Shown in pieces: positions 24,166 through 37,638 of a stretch of DNA of 64,000 nt. Numbering within the stretch: the stretch's first letter is position 1; every line of letters starts with the position of its first letter. A model generated the notes under the pieces. That model worked only from the letters and a program-made list of their open reading frames with translations. It was not told the DNA's origin and did no database searches. Source of the DNA: Spironucleus salmonicida (taxonomy: Eukaryota); the NCBI RefSeq assembly GCF_000497125.1, contig NC_090601.1:806001-870000 (forward strand), given 5' to 3'. The translations under genes and the position numbers were made by a program.

Positions 24166-25217
24166 TTATCATGTAATCTAATTTTATCTTCCACAACCGA
24201 AACCGCTGGCCTCACAAACGCCCCTTATACGCCCTCCACCACCACAATTTAACTTCAGAAGCACATTTCTCACCATTTAACCTGTATTATCATGCATATT
24301 AACTACTACTCTGCATTACACCATTGCACTATTACCCGTTACGCGCTGAACCGTTCCGACAGAGAATACGAATATTCCTTATTTTGCCTATCTAGCATCA
24401 TACTGTCTTCTCAGCCCTGAAATCTCCAGTCTCACCGAATTGCGGAGGTGCCCGTTATATCATACTAAAAACTTCAATTTCCCTTCCAAAACGCGAGAAA
24501 CCCGCAGCGAAATCGTCGCATTCTGGCACTCATAATTTCCAGTTTCAGCCAGAAACTTGACGTGCTAAAGCGCTGCAAATCGCGTGAAAATCGCGTTTCG
24601 GCCTGCTAGGAACTGCGCAAACTGCGATTTCCAGCATGTTAAATTTTCGGGTGCTCGTTATCGCTTTGGCTGAGCGTGTTTAGCAAATATTAATGCTAAT
24701 AAGCAGTGTATGGGTTATATCGGTCAGGAGTGCAGTTTACGCGGTTCTAGAGGTGAAAATTTGACTATTCGCAGGGTGTGTAAAAATGATTTTTGGGGTC
24801 GACTTAGAGGGAGAGGATTTCGTTTTTGCGGAATTTTTTGAGCGTTATATCAGTTAAGGAGAGGTAGTTAAAGTGCGAAAAGCGTCGTGTGCGCGATTTC
24901 AGTTTGCTCGAACTGATATAAGGCGAGGGCGGGAAAGCGAATTTCGAGTTTTGGTGAAAATGAGGTGGAGTGTGAACAGCTTCGGTGTAATTTTTAGCTA
25001 TTTCGCTATTCAAGGGTAATTTTATTAGTCAGCGGTCTAGCACTTTTTGTCAGGCTAATTAATTGTAGTTGAAGCTACTGCGGGCGAAAAATTAGCGCAT
25101 ATTGTCAGCCCAACCAGCTCGCACCTTAAGCTGCACTGTATTTACAGCTTCCATTTCGTGTTAATTGAATTGTTTATAGATATTTGCATTTCATTTTCTG
25201 CAACTTTAACCTCATTT

Positions 25218-25961
25218 TCACTCATAGTCTTACCATGGTTGGGTATAAATTATGGTTTTCCTGCTACTAGCCGCTGTTTGCAACCTTTTTTCGACGCAGC
25301 TAATCGCTGCCCCAATTAAGCAAATTAGGATAATGACACACATAACCACAATCTCGCTACATGAAAGCGTGGATTACGATCCAGTTCCGGGACACAGGTC
25401 CTCGGGAATGCAGTACGATGCGTAGCGGACAAATGTTTGGGCGCAACGCTCGCAGCTGCCACCTTCTAGCACGTAGCCAGGGAGGCACGTCTGACATTAA
25501 ATTGGCGCGGCTGTTGAAATTTTGCACGTCATGCAGTGCTATGCAGCCGCACCGCAATTGCAGCGCATTTTCTGGCCCGTAACGCCGCAACGTTGGGCGG
25601 TTTGGTCTACGCAGGCCTGGTTCAAATCCAAGTGCTGGCAGATTTTCGTGCAAGTCCTGTCGGTGTTGATTTCATAGTTTCTGTTGCAGCGAAAGCAGAC
25701 GCCGCTGAGGCAATCGTAGCATTCTAGGGTGCAGCCTGGGCTGGTTCTGTAGGAAGCTAGGCTTTTCAGGGGCTCAGCGAGCGGGTGAGATATCACGCAG
25801 GTTTTCTCGAATAGTATGAAGCCATGTTGGAATTTGTCGCAGCCTTATAGGTTCGTGCACGTTTCACAGTTCGCAATGCCGCACTTTATGAACTTAGGCG
25901 GTTTTGCGACACCCCCAGTTTGGGTAGCCGCGGCTGAGGCGCTTGAGCCAGCTCCTGGCAT
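25218..25961 (-). CDS. Divergent short CRMP, 247 aa, with longer cytoplasmic tail
   Basis: Code-6 ORF MPGAGSS...CETC...YEINTDRTC...CNCGAAAQHCMTC...CLPGYVL...TM (IVVMCVIILICLIGAAISCV)...QDYE; ends GAG-TGA. Confidence 0.82.
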
Positions 25962-26744
25962 TTTACGGGAAGAGTTTTGAGGGTGGGCCGGTAAATCTGG
26001 AATATCGAGTAAACTAAAAAACGATTTGGTGAACAATGCTAAGTATACTTTGTTATAGTTTGAATTTAAGTTTTAGCAGAAGTGGAGAGGAATAAATAAT
26101 TTATTTGCTGCTATATGCAAGTGCGACCAGTGAAGATGAAAAAAGAGTTAAAAAGTATCTTTTGGACATCAACGACACTTTATTGCAAAATCGGAGCGGT
26201 ATTATTCTACGAGTAATATCTGGATTTTATTAATTATTTTATATCGCGTATTATATCCATACTGGAATCATTTTAATTTCCACATAAAACGCAAAAGCTT
26301 AAAGTTTACGATTTTTACAAACATTTATCTATTATCTTATAATATACATATTAATGTTGATTTTTAATTCAAGCATATTCTACAGCAATGAATCAGCTGA
26401 CTAATGCAGAGTTTTTTGGTGTGGTCTCTATGAGGAAATAGATTAGTAAAGATTTATTGAGTCCAGTACCTATATAAATATTTAGTAGTCCGCTAGTATC
26501 TACCTCGTTCACCCCTGAGGCTTTTAGCACGTTGCCGAAATAAATTTATACATTTAATTTTTATTATATATTGTTTTTATATAATAAAATTGAATACTTT
26601 AGATAATGCATGTTTATCCAAGGTTAGATCCCAACATGCGGTTATAGATGAAAATTCATTATGCATCGTATTTTGATAATATATTAACACATATCATGCA
26701 GTTTTATATATAATGTTGATACTTATAGGTCAAATTACACGAAA

Positions 26745-28394
26745 TCACTATGTTTATTACCCAGGTTATGAATGATTTCTAGCGCGCATGTGCGCAATTA
26801 AAAATATTAAAACTGCAAAACTAGACTATCCAATGAACATTACTACTAATTACTTCCAGAATATTGAGGTAAGTCTGGCGTCATTAATAATGAAAATAGG
26901 CAGATATTCTTATTCAATGTTAACATAGGATATAGTGTCTTACTGTTTTAGAAGATTTGAAATAGCGCCTGATTCTTATTTAGTGATCGAGTTGCAATAT
27001 TGTTCGTCCCTATTTGATAATTATTACTACCAAGCAAACTCATAGTTACCTATATGGATCATTATCATTGAATCATGTGTTATTTATACTACCCAAGGAA
27101 GTGGTTAGGCGGAAATACAGATTTATGTGTCAAATACGAACAATGTTATGTTTCGGTACGTTGTCAGAGCATTGTTTATCTTGTAGTACTCTTCCAGGGT
27201 CACTATGTCGTTTTGGATATATTAGATATAGAGGTACTAGGCGCTCCGCCTGCCGTCCAGCGCGATGGTGAGGTTCCCGCCGAACTCGGTGGCGTTCTCC
27301 GCATTCGTAGTATTCAGTATTACGCTCCCATCTTACTCTGGCAGGCTGGGCACCTCGTTGCTCAATTTGTAAAACTGCGTCGTGACGCCCTGGATCTGCA
27401 GCAGAGCGCGGTCGTAGACGTGTTGCTGGCAGTTCACCGCACCCGCGTTGGCGGCGAAGGTGACGCTCACATGGTCCTGGAAGGCGCTCAGTGAGATGAC
27501 CTAGTAGCAATCCGCGTCACCTTCTAACTCTTCTACCAGCGCTTCACCGGTGAAGTAGATCGCAGAGGCGACCGGCATGTCGACTGCGGCGGTCTTTCCG
27601 ATATTCCTCTCCGCCGCAACCGCGAGCTGGAAGTGGACCGTGCTCTCCAGATTGCTGTTCGCCACGCCCAGCACCTCCTCGCACTTAGGCTGGAACGCAG
27701 GCAGCACGTGCGCGCAGTCCACCTCGACCACCGTGAGGCCCAGCAGGTCGGCCTCGTAGTACGGCGCCACGTTGAGCACCTCTCCGTTCACGACGAGCTG
27801 CACCCACGGGCAGTCCTGGGGCACGCTCCCTATCGGGGGCTTGCACTGCTTGCGCGCCATCAGCGCCCTCACGGCGTCGGAAAGCTGCAGCTGGCAGAGG
27901 AACGGGACCCCGGTGAAGACTATCTTCTCGGGGAAGTAGTGAATGGTGTAGCCGAGCAGGCAGCTCCGCGCGTCAAGCGACTGCACCAGGTAGATGCCGG
28001 GCGAGAACACCATCTGGACCTGCTCGGCGTGGAAGTCGAACTGGATACTCGCTATGGAGGCCAGGGCCGCCTCCTGGCACGACCACTGCCGACCTTGCTA
28101 GCACGCGCGGCAGCTGTCTGCGTCCAGCGGCAGCGCGCACGCGGCAGTGCAGAGGGCGGTGGGGCACTCTAGGCGGAGCACCAGCGGGCTCGTGGCCGAG
28201 AAGGCGATGCTGCTGGCGACGAACACCGTTCGCCCCAACGTGAGGGTGGGAACCGCGAACCGGCCGTCCAGGTAGCGGCAGATGTCGGACTGTAGCGCCA
28301 GTGGCTGCGCCGTGAAAGTGGCGGATGCCGAGGCGTAGTCGTACTGCACGGAGGAGGCCGAGTCGAAGCAGGTAAACTGCAAAAGGTGGAGCAT
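26745..28394 (-). CDS. Cys-containing type-I membrane protein, 549 aa
   Basis: Joins in-frame track ORFs 28098-28394 and 27501-28013 through TAG; C-terminal TM; ends TAG-TGA; paralog of 18813-20447. Confidence 0.88.
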
Positions 28395-28771
28395 TTAGTT
28401 TTTCGTAATAATGTATAACCAATAAAATTTATAGGCTTGCCTATATTAAAAATTGCGAAAATATATTTTTAGGGGCAAAATAATAGAATTCAGATAGTAA
28501 AAAGTGTATATTAAATATACTTATTATTGTAAATAAAAGGCTATCATAGCGAAACTAAATTTTACTGTTTCCCTAGAAAATGATTCTAATGGAGTAACAA
28601 AAACTATTATTGATAGAACAAAGCATTTTTCTCGCAATAATCAATTTAGGTTAGCGATATTTTGAGTAAAAATTATAAAGTCACTTATAGTATATATTAG
28701 GGTTGGTTAAAGAGATTTAAGTTTTATTGAAGGAGTTTGATAAAAGTGGAAACATTCATTCTAATACTAGG

Positions 28772-28987
28772 TCACTTCCGCGCCCACTGAGCCAGCCACC
28801 GCCAGGACCGCGATCACGATGCCCCCGGCTAGCTTGTTGGATGAAGACTCCTGGGCAGGTAGGAGGCAGAAGGACCCGACCTTGGTGAATTCGGAAGCGC
28901 AGTCCTCGCACTTGGCGTCCTTGAGAAGGTAGCCGTGAAAGTGGCGGACGGGGAGTCGAAGCAGGTGAGATGCAAAAGGGGGGCCAT
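28772..28987 (-). pseudogene. Chimeric fragment: 5' end of the type-I membrane protein gene fused to a collapsed CRMP 3' end
   Basis: ATGGCCCCCCTTTTGCATCTCACCTGCTTCGACTC..CCGCCACTTTCACGGC matches the start of 28394; what follows (TACCTTCTCAAGGACGCCAAGTGCGAG...GCGGAAGTGA) matches the CRMP 3' end, out of frame. Confidence 0.85.
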
Positions 28988-29393
28988 TTGATTCTGTAAA
29001 CTAGCCTTACTCTTGTAGATTAAGAGGGTGAGCCTAGTCTGGTGGAAAATGTTATAATGGGTTTTAGTGTATATTGATTAGTAGGTAATGAATAATAATT
29101 TGGAATAAAAGTTTATATTGAAGGGTATAATAATTAATAATAGAAAAATAGTATACAATTACTAAACCAAAAACTTCAAATATATAATAGTACGTATATA
29201 AGAAATAGCATTTCTATATTCTGAGCCAGCGGATTAGTGTTGAGATTAGGTTCAATTAGCTTATATTAGCAAAATATAAATATTGATGGCGCCTACTAGT
29301 AAGCTACTATTGTTAGTTGGCTCCACACAAAATTGATTAACCCGTTAGAGCTAACGGACTCTAGCTTATCTGAGGTTTCCCAAAACTACTAAA

Positions 29394-30442
29394 TCACTTC
29401 AATTATTACTTCCTAGCTTTCTTGAGGAAGTACAATAGAATACAATTGCCCACACCGCATATAACCACCAAGGCTGCGATAGTGATGACCGTGATCTCCC
29501 CGCCAGAGATACCACCAAGAGCGGCCTCCTCGGATGACTTGAAACAGAACTCTCCTATCTTAGTGTAGTTACTTTTGCATTCCTCACATTTGCCTTCTGT
29601 AAGCACATAGCCTGGCAGGCAGGTGCCGCAGGTTTTGGGGGCCTTGGTGGTGCATTTACCGTCAGAAAATGTGAAGTTTACATTATCTATGCAGCCTGTA
29701 CAGATTTTAGGGGATCCTGATTAGCAGCTGCAGAACTTGTTAGCGCATTTGTTGGGGTAGGCTTCGGGGGCTATACGACAGGGCAGGTGAAGCAGTTATT
29801 GGCAGTTCCACAATTGCAGGCAGTCTGCTATTCTGTACCTCCACATGGAACATTTTTTGTACTAACGCATGCCTCGTTGACATTTATAAGATTACAATCT
29901 CTAGAGCAGGTATAATCGGTGTTCAGCTCATAATCATGATTGCAAGCCGTGCATCTATCGGCACTAGTGCAGGATTTACAGTTCGTATCGCAATTATCGC
30001 ATCTGTTCCCTGATGCCAAAATATTGCAGAACTTTCCAGTCGTGCAGGGAGTCTCGGCGTCACACTCATCCTTGCTGCATTAACTGCCCTTGAAGATGAA
30101 GTCTTCGTTACATACTGTGCAGGTTTCACCATCGTTATTACATGTTTTACAGTTCGCTGGACACGCCTTGCAGGCACTAGAGTCCATTACATAACTATCA
30201 TTGCAAACTGTGCAGGTTTCAGCTGCGGAACAGGTCTTGCACCCGGGGGAGCAGGCCGTGCACTTATCGGTGTCCAGGAAGAACTCTGGTTGGCAGGCTG
30301 TGCAGGTAGCTAGAGCGTCCTTAGTACAGGTCTAGCAATCTGCAGCAGTGCATTTTAAGCAATCTTATGTCTCATCCGTAGCTTCCGTAGGACAAACAAA
30401 GCCTGCAGGACAAGGAGATCCCGAAGTGCAAGTTTCTGTCAT
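29394..30442 (-). pseudogene. CRMP with a 1-nt frameshift in a C5 tract (~29766-29770)
   Basis: MTETCTSGSPCP... frame and the TM/KKARK frame differ by 1 nt; one extra C in TAG-CCCCC-GAAG restores a full CRMP. Confidence 0.8.
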
Positions 30443-30777
30443 TTTGGGGTGGTATGAAAATGTTATTTTTTATATGAAACTCCTACTCAGAATCATATTT
30501 TTACATAGGTATATAAAGTAAATACGAAAATTTTGAAACGTATTGTTACCTTATTAGGTGTATATTACTATACTAAGCAAAAATAGTAATATCTCCAAAA
30601 ACTGCTTTGGAAGGATATTTTAGGATATTGGATATTCTGGGGACATAATTTCATATTACCATATATCTAAAATAAAACGGAAAGCTGAATCTGCTTTAAT
30701 GTCGTAATAATATAATATGCAATTTTTAGAAACCCTTGCTGTATTGTATCGGCTAAGTATATGATGTTAGAATACCC

Positions 30778-31905
30778 TCACTTCCGCGCCCGCTTGATGA
30801 AGTAGAAGGCGAGCCCGCCGCCCACTGCGCCAGCTACCACCAGGACCGCGACCACGATGCCAGCCACGGCGCCTCCGGAGAGCTTGTTGGATGAAGACTC
30901 CTGCACGGGTAGGAAGCAGAATTCGCCTACTTTGGCGAATCCGGAAGCACAGTCCTCGCACTTAGCGTCCTTGAGGACGTAGCCGGGGAGGCAGGTGCAG
31001 CAGGTGGTGGGGGCCTTGGGTTTGCAGGCAGCAGCAGAAAATGCATAATTTTTTTCATCAACGCATCCAGTACATGTCGCAATGGCACTAGAATCGCACT
31101 TGCAAAGCTTATCGTCGCAGTTGTTGGCATCCGGAGTTGGAACCGGAGGGACCGGGCAAGTCAAGCAGTTCTTGGCTGCAGCGCCACAATTGCATGCGGT
31201 CTGCTACCCAGTAGTTCCACAGGAAGCGGCAGCAGAACTTATACACGCCTTATTTACAGGTAAATTAGTACAAGTTGCGGTGCAGGTCTGATCGGTGTTC
31301 ATCTCATTGCTAGCCTTGCAGGTGGTGCATTTATCAGCACTGGTGCAGGATTAGCATTTAGATTCACAATCAGTGCATCTGTTCCCTGTTGTTAAAATGT
31401 TGCAGAACTTGCCATCAGTACATAAAGTATCAGTGTCACACTCATGCTTGTCGCATTTAGTGCCCTTGATAACGAATCCATCGTAGCACGCCGAGCAGGT
31501 CTCACCAGCATCACATTCTTTACAGTTCGCCGGACACGCTTTGCAGGAGCCAGTGGCAAGTCCGAAACCTTCGTTACAAACTGTGCAGGTATCAGCGGCA
31601 GTACAGGTCTTGCAGCCGGCGGAGCAGGCGGTACACGCAGTATCCTTCAACATGAAACCGTCGTCACAGTTTGTGCAAACGGTGCTAGAAGTGCAAGTGC
31701 CGCACCCCGCGGAACAGGCGCTGCATGCGCTACCATCTAAAATGAACCTAGGTAAGCATTCCGTACAGGTGCCCAGAGCGTCCTTAGTGCAGGTCTTACA
31801 ACCGGCTACCGTACACTTGGAGCAGTCCTATATATTTTCAGTTAGTTCTCCTGGACAAACAAAGCCGTCTGGGCAATCAGATCCCGTCTTGCACGTCTCT
31901 GGCAT
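30778..31905 (-). CDS. Cysteine-rich membrane protein (CRMP), 375 aa
   Basis: Code-6 ORF, CxxC repeats, TM, KRARK-TGA; track fragments in frame. Confidence 0.92.
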
Positions 31906-32246
31906 TTTGGTGGAGTGGGAATTCGACTTCACGCCTAGGACATGCGCGGATACTTATATACACCACAACGCAGAGTGCAAGTATAAAGATTCGAACATAA
32001 TGTTGTGGTTTGCAGAGTATTATTATAGTAATACAATCACGATAGCCTACCTAATTATCCTGTCGCGAATCACTCAAATTGTTGAAACCGTTTTTGGAGT
32101 GGTTTTGAAAGTACGTATATTGGCTAATATACTCGCCCGCCAGGCCACCAGACGGGAGCCGCCCTGCCCCCCGCTGGGCTGGTGTGCGCCAATGCATGCT
32201 CTGAAGCTGCCCGCGGAACGCTCCGCACTGGCGTATATGAATACCC

Positions 32247-32816
32247 TCACTGCTTACCTTTCTTGACGAAGTAGTAAGCCAGACCGCCGCCCACTGCGCC
32301 CACCACCACCAGGACCGCGATCACGATGCCCGCCACGGCGCCCCCGGATAGCTTGTTGGCGGAGGATGGGTCTACGTCATTAAAACAGAAGTTCCCGACC
32401 TTGGAGTAGCCGGAGGCGCAGTCCTCGCACTTGGCGTCCTTGAGGACGTACCCGGGCAGGCAGGTGCCGCAGGTGGTGGGGGCGTTAAGTTTGCACTTTG
32501 CTGAATCTAAAGTGGAGTTGGTAGCGTCAATGCAACCGGTCATATATTTGTAGCTCCATCATCACAGGTACACAGGTAATCGGTGCATGCTCCTACATCT
32601 GGTACGGGAACGACGGGACAACCGAGGCAGTTCTTGGCATCAGCCCCGCCAGCAGCGTTCCATACCTCATGTGCCTTAATTCCTGCGCACTTATTGACAC
32701 CACTCTAGCTGCCTGCCCCTGTCCACCTAAAACATATTTAGTCATTACCGGTTATCACTCCTGGACAGACGAAACCTACTGACAACTCATCTCCCGTTTT
32801 CTTAATACTGCCTATT
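32247..32816 (-). pseudogene. Degenerate CRMP (tandem copy of 23596-24165)
   Basis: Identical sequence at +8651. Confidence 0.8.
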
Positions 32817-33868
32817 TTATCATGTAATCTAATTTTATCTTCCACAACCGAAACCGCTGGCCTCACAAACGCCCCTTATACGCCCTCCACCACCACAATT
32901 TAACTTCAGAAGCACATTTCTCACCATTTAACCTGTATTATCATGCATATTAACTACTACTCTGCATTACACCATTGCACTATTACCCGTTACGCGCTGA
33001 ACCGTTCCGACAGAGAATACGAATATTCCTTATTTTGCCTATCTAGCATCATACTGTCTTCTCAGCCCTGAAATCTCCAGTCTCACCGAATTGCGGAGGT
33101 GCCCGTTATATCATACTAAAAACTTCAATTTCCCTTCCAAAACGCGAGAAACCCGCAGCGAAATCGTCGCATTCTGGCACTCATAATTTCCAGTTTCAGC
33201 CAGAAACTTGACGTGCTAAAGCGCTGCAAATCGCGTGAAAATCGCGTTTCGGCCTGCTAGGAACTGCGCAAACTGCGATTTCCAGCATGTTAAATTTTCG
33301 GGTGCTCGTTATCGCTTTGGCTGAGCGTGTTTAGCAAATATTAATGCTAATAAGCAGTGTATGGGTTATATCGGTCAGGAGTGCAGTTTACGCGGTTCTA
33401 GAGGTGAAAATTTGACTATTCGCAGGGTGTGTAAAAATGATTTTTGGGGTCGACTTAGAGGGAGAGGATTTCGTTTTTGCGGAATTTTTTGAGCGTTATA
33501 TCAGTTAAGGAGAGGTAGTTAAAGTGCGAAAAGCGTCGTGTGCGCGATTTCAGTTTGCTCGAACTGATATAAGGCGAGGGCGGGAAAGCGAATTTCGAGT
33601 TTTGGTGAAAATGAGGTGGAGTGTGAACAGCTTCGGTGTAATTTTTAGCTATTTCGCTATTCAAGGGTAATTTTATTAGTCAGCGGTCTAGCACTTTTTG
33701 TCAGGCTAATTAATTGTAGTTGAAGCTACTGCGGGCGAAAAATTAGCGCATATTGTCAGCCCAACCAGCTCGCACCTTAAGCTGCACTGTATTTACAGCT
33801 TCCATTTCGTGTTAATTGAATTGTTTATAGATATTTGCATTTCATTTTCTGCAACTTTAACCTCATTT

Positions 33869-34612
33869 TCACTCATAGTCTTACCATGGTTGGGTATAAA
33901 TTATGGTTTTCCTGCTACTAGCCGCTGTTTGCAACCTTTTTTCGACGCAGCTAATCGCTGCCCCAATTAAGCAAATTAGGATAATGACACACATAACCAC
34001 AATCTCGCTACATGAAAGCGTGGATTACGATCCAGTTCCGGGACACAGGTCCTCGGGAATGCAGTACGATGCGTAGCGGACAAATGTTTGGGCGCAACGC
34101 TCGCAGCTGCCACCTTCTAGCACGTAGCCAGGGAGGCACGTCTGACATTAAATTGGCGCGGCTGTTGAAATTTTGCACGTCATGCAGTGCTATGCAGCCG
34201 CACCGCAATTGCAGCGCATTTTCTGGCCCGTAACGCCGCAACGTTGGGCGGTTTGGTCTACGCAGGCCTGGTTCAAATCCAAGTGCTGGCAGATTTTCGT
34301 GCAAGTCCTGTCGGTGTTGATTTCATAGTTTCTGTTGCAGCGAAAGCAGACGCCGCTGAGGCAATCGTAGCATTCTAGGGTGCAGCCTGGGCTGGTTCTG
34401 TAGGAAGCTAGGCTTTTCAGGGGCTCAGCGAGCGGGTGAGATATCACGCAGGTTTTCTCGAATAGTATGAAGCCATGTTGGAATTTGTCGCAGCCTTATA
34501 GGTTCGTGCACGTTTCACAGTTCGCAATGCCGCACTTTATGAACTTAGGCGGTTTTGCGACACCCCCAGTTTGGGTAGCCGCGGCTGAGGCGCTTGAGCC
34601 AGCTCCTGGCAT
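33869..34612 (-). CDS. Divergent short CRMP (tandem copy of 25218-25961)
   Basis: Identical sequence at +8651. Confidence 0.82.
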
Positions 34613-35395
34613 TTTACGGGAAGAGTTTTGAGGGTGGGCCGGTAAATCTGGAATATCGAGTAAACTAAAAAACGATTTGGTGAACAATGCTAAGTATACT
34701 TTGTTATAGTTTGAATTTAAGTTTTAGCAGAAGTGGAGAGGAATAAATAATTTATTTGCTGCTATATGCAAGTGCGACCAGTGAAGATGAAAAAAGAGTT
34801 AAAAAGTATCTTTTGGACATCAACGACACTTTATTGCAAAATCGGAGCGGTATTATTCTACGAGTAATATCTGGATTTTATTAATTATTTTATATCGCGT
34901 ATTATATCCATACTGGAATCATTTTAATTTCCACATAAAACGCAAAAGCTTAAAGTTTACGATTTTTACAAACATTTATCTATTATCTTATAATATACAT
35001 ATTAATGTTGATTTTTAATTCAAGCATATTCTACAGCAATGAATCAGCTGACTAATGCAGAGTTTTTTGGTGTGGTCTCTATGAGGAAATAGATTAGTAA
35101 AGATTTATTGAGTCCAGTACCTATATAAATATTTAGTAGTCCGCTAGTATCTACCTCGTTCACCCCTGAGGCTTTTAGCACGTTGCCGAAATAAATTTAT
35201 ACATTTAATTTTTATTATATATTGTTTTTATATAATAAAATTGAATACTTTAGATAATGCATGTTTATCCAAGGTTAGATCCCAACATGCGGTTATAGAT
35301 GAAAATTCATTATGCATCGTATTTTGATAATATATTAACACATATCATGCAGTTTTATATATAATGTTGATACTTATAGGTCAAATTACACGAAA

Positions 35396-37045
35396 TCACT
35401 ATGTTTATTACCCAGGTTATGAATGATTTCTAGCGCGCATGTGCGCAATTAAAAATATTAAAACTGCAAAACTAGACTATCCAATGAACATTACTACTAA
35501 TTACTTCCAGAATATTGAGGTAAGTCTGGCGTCATTAATAATGAAAATAGGCAGATATTCTTATTCAATGTTAACATAGGATATAGTGTCTTACTGTTTT
35601 AGAAGATTTGAAATAGCGCCTGATTCTTATTTAGTGATCGAGTTGCAATATTGTTCGTCCCTATTTGATAATTATTACTACCAAGCAAACTCATAGTTAC
35701 CTATATGGATCATTATCATTGAATCATGTGTTATTTATACTACCCAAGGAAGTGGTTAGGCGGAAATACAGATTTATGTGTCAAATACGAACAATGTTAT
35801 GTTTCGGTACGTTGTCAGAGCATTGTTTATCTTGTAGTACTCTTCCAGGGTCACTATGTCGTTTTGGATATATTAGATATAGAGGTACTAGGCGCTCCGC
35901 CTGCCGTCCAGCGCGATGGTGAGGTTCCCGCCGAACTCGGTGGCGTTCTCCGCATTCGTAGTATTCAGTATTACGCTCCCATCTTACTCTGGCAGGCTGG
36001 GCACCTCGTTGCTCAATTTGTAAAACTGCGTCGTGACGCCCTGGAACTGCAGCAGAGCGCGGTCGTAGACGTGTTGCTGGCAGTTCACCGCACCCGCGTT
36101 GGCGGCGAAGGTGACGCTCACATGGTCCTGGAAGGCGCTCAGTGAGATGACCTAGTAGCAATCCGCGTCACCTTCTAACTCTTCTACCAGCGCTTCACCG
36201 GTGAAGTAGATCGCAGAGGCGACCGGCATGTCGACTGCGGCGGTCTTTCCGATATTCCTCTCCGCCGCAACCGCGAGCTGGAAGTGGACCGTGCTCTCCA
36301 GATTGCTGTTCGCCACGCCCAGCACCTCCTCGCACTTAGGCTGGAACGCAGGCAGCACGTGCGCGCAGTCCACCTCGACCACCGTGAGGCCCAGCAGGTC
36401 GGCCTCGTAGTACGGCGCCACGTTGAGCACCTCTCCGTTCACGACGAGCTGCACCCACGGGCAGTCCTGGGGCACGCTCCCTATCGGGGGCTTGCACTGC
36501 TTGCGCGCCATCAGCGCCCTCACGGCGTCGGAAAGCTGCAGCTGGCAGAGGAACGGGACCCCGGTGAAGACTATCTTCTCGGGGAAGTAGTGAATGGTGT
36601 AGCCGAGCAGGCAGCTCCGCGCGTCAAGCGACTGCACCAGGTAGATGCCGGGCGAGAACACCATCTGGACCTGCTCGGCGTGGAAGTCGAACTGGATACT
36701 CGCTATGGAGGCCAGGGCCGCCTCCTGGCACGACCACTGCCGACCTTGCTAGCACGCGCGGCAGCTGTCTGCGTCCAGCGGCAGCGCGCACGCGGCAGTG
36801 CAGAGGGCGGTGGGGCACTCTAGGCGGAGCACCAGCGGGCTCGTGGCCGAGAAGGCGATGCTGCTGGCGACGAACACCGTTCGCCCCAACGTGAGGGTGG
36901 GAACCGCGAACCGGCCGTCCAGGTAGCGGCAGATGTCGGACTGTAGCGCCAGTGGCTGCGCCGTGAAAGTGGCGGATGCCGAGGCGTAGTCGTACTGCAC
37001 GGAGGAGGCCGAGTCGAAGCAGGTAAACTGCAAAAGGTGGAGCAT
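35396..37045 (-). CDS. Cys-containing type-I membrane protein (tandem copy of 26745-28394; one I>F change)
   Basis: Copy at +8651 with ATC>TTC at 36046. Confidence 0.88.
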
Positions 37046-37422
37046 TTAGTTTTTCGTAATAATGTATAACCAATAAAATTTATAGGCTTGCCTATATTAA
37101 AAATTGCGAAAATATATTTTTAGGGGCAAAATAATAGAATTCAGATAGTAAAAAGTGTATATTAAATATACTTATTATTGTAAATAAAAGGCTATCATAG
37201 CGAAACTAAATTTTACTGTTTCCCTAGAAAATGATTCTAATGGAGTAACAAAAACTATTATTGATAGAACAAAGCATTTTTCTCGCAATAATCAATTTAG
37301 GTTAGCGATATTTTGAGTAAAAATTATAAAGTCACTTATAGTATATATTAGGGTTGGTTAAAGAGATTTAAGTTTTATTGAAGGAGTTTGATAAAAGTGG
37401 AAACATTCATTCTAATACTAGG

Positions 37423-37638
37423 TCACTTCCGCGCCCACTGAGCCAGCCACCGCCAGGACCGCGATCACGATGCCCCCGGCTAGCTTGTTGGATGAAGACT
37501 CCTGGGCAGGTAGGAGGCAGAAGGACCCGACCTTGGTGAATTCGGAAGCGCAGTCCTCGCACTTGGCGTCCTTGAGAAGGTAGCCGTGAAAGTGGCGGAC
37601 GGGGAGTCGAAGCAGGTGAGATGCAAAAGGGGGGCCAT
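37423..37638 (-). pseudogene. Chimeric membrane-protein/CRMP fragment (tandem copy of 28772-28987)
   Basis: Identical sequence at +8651. Confidence 0.85.
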
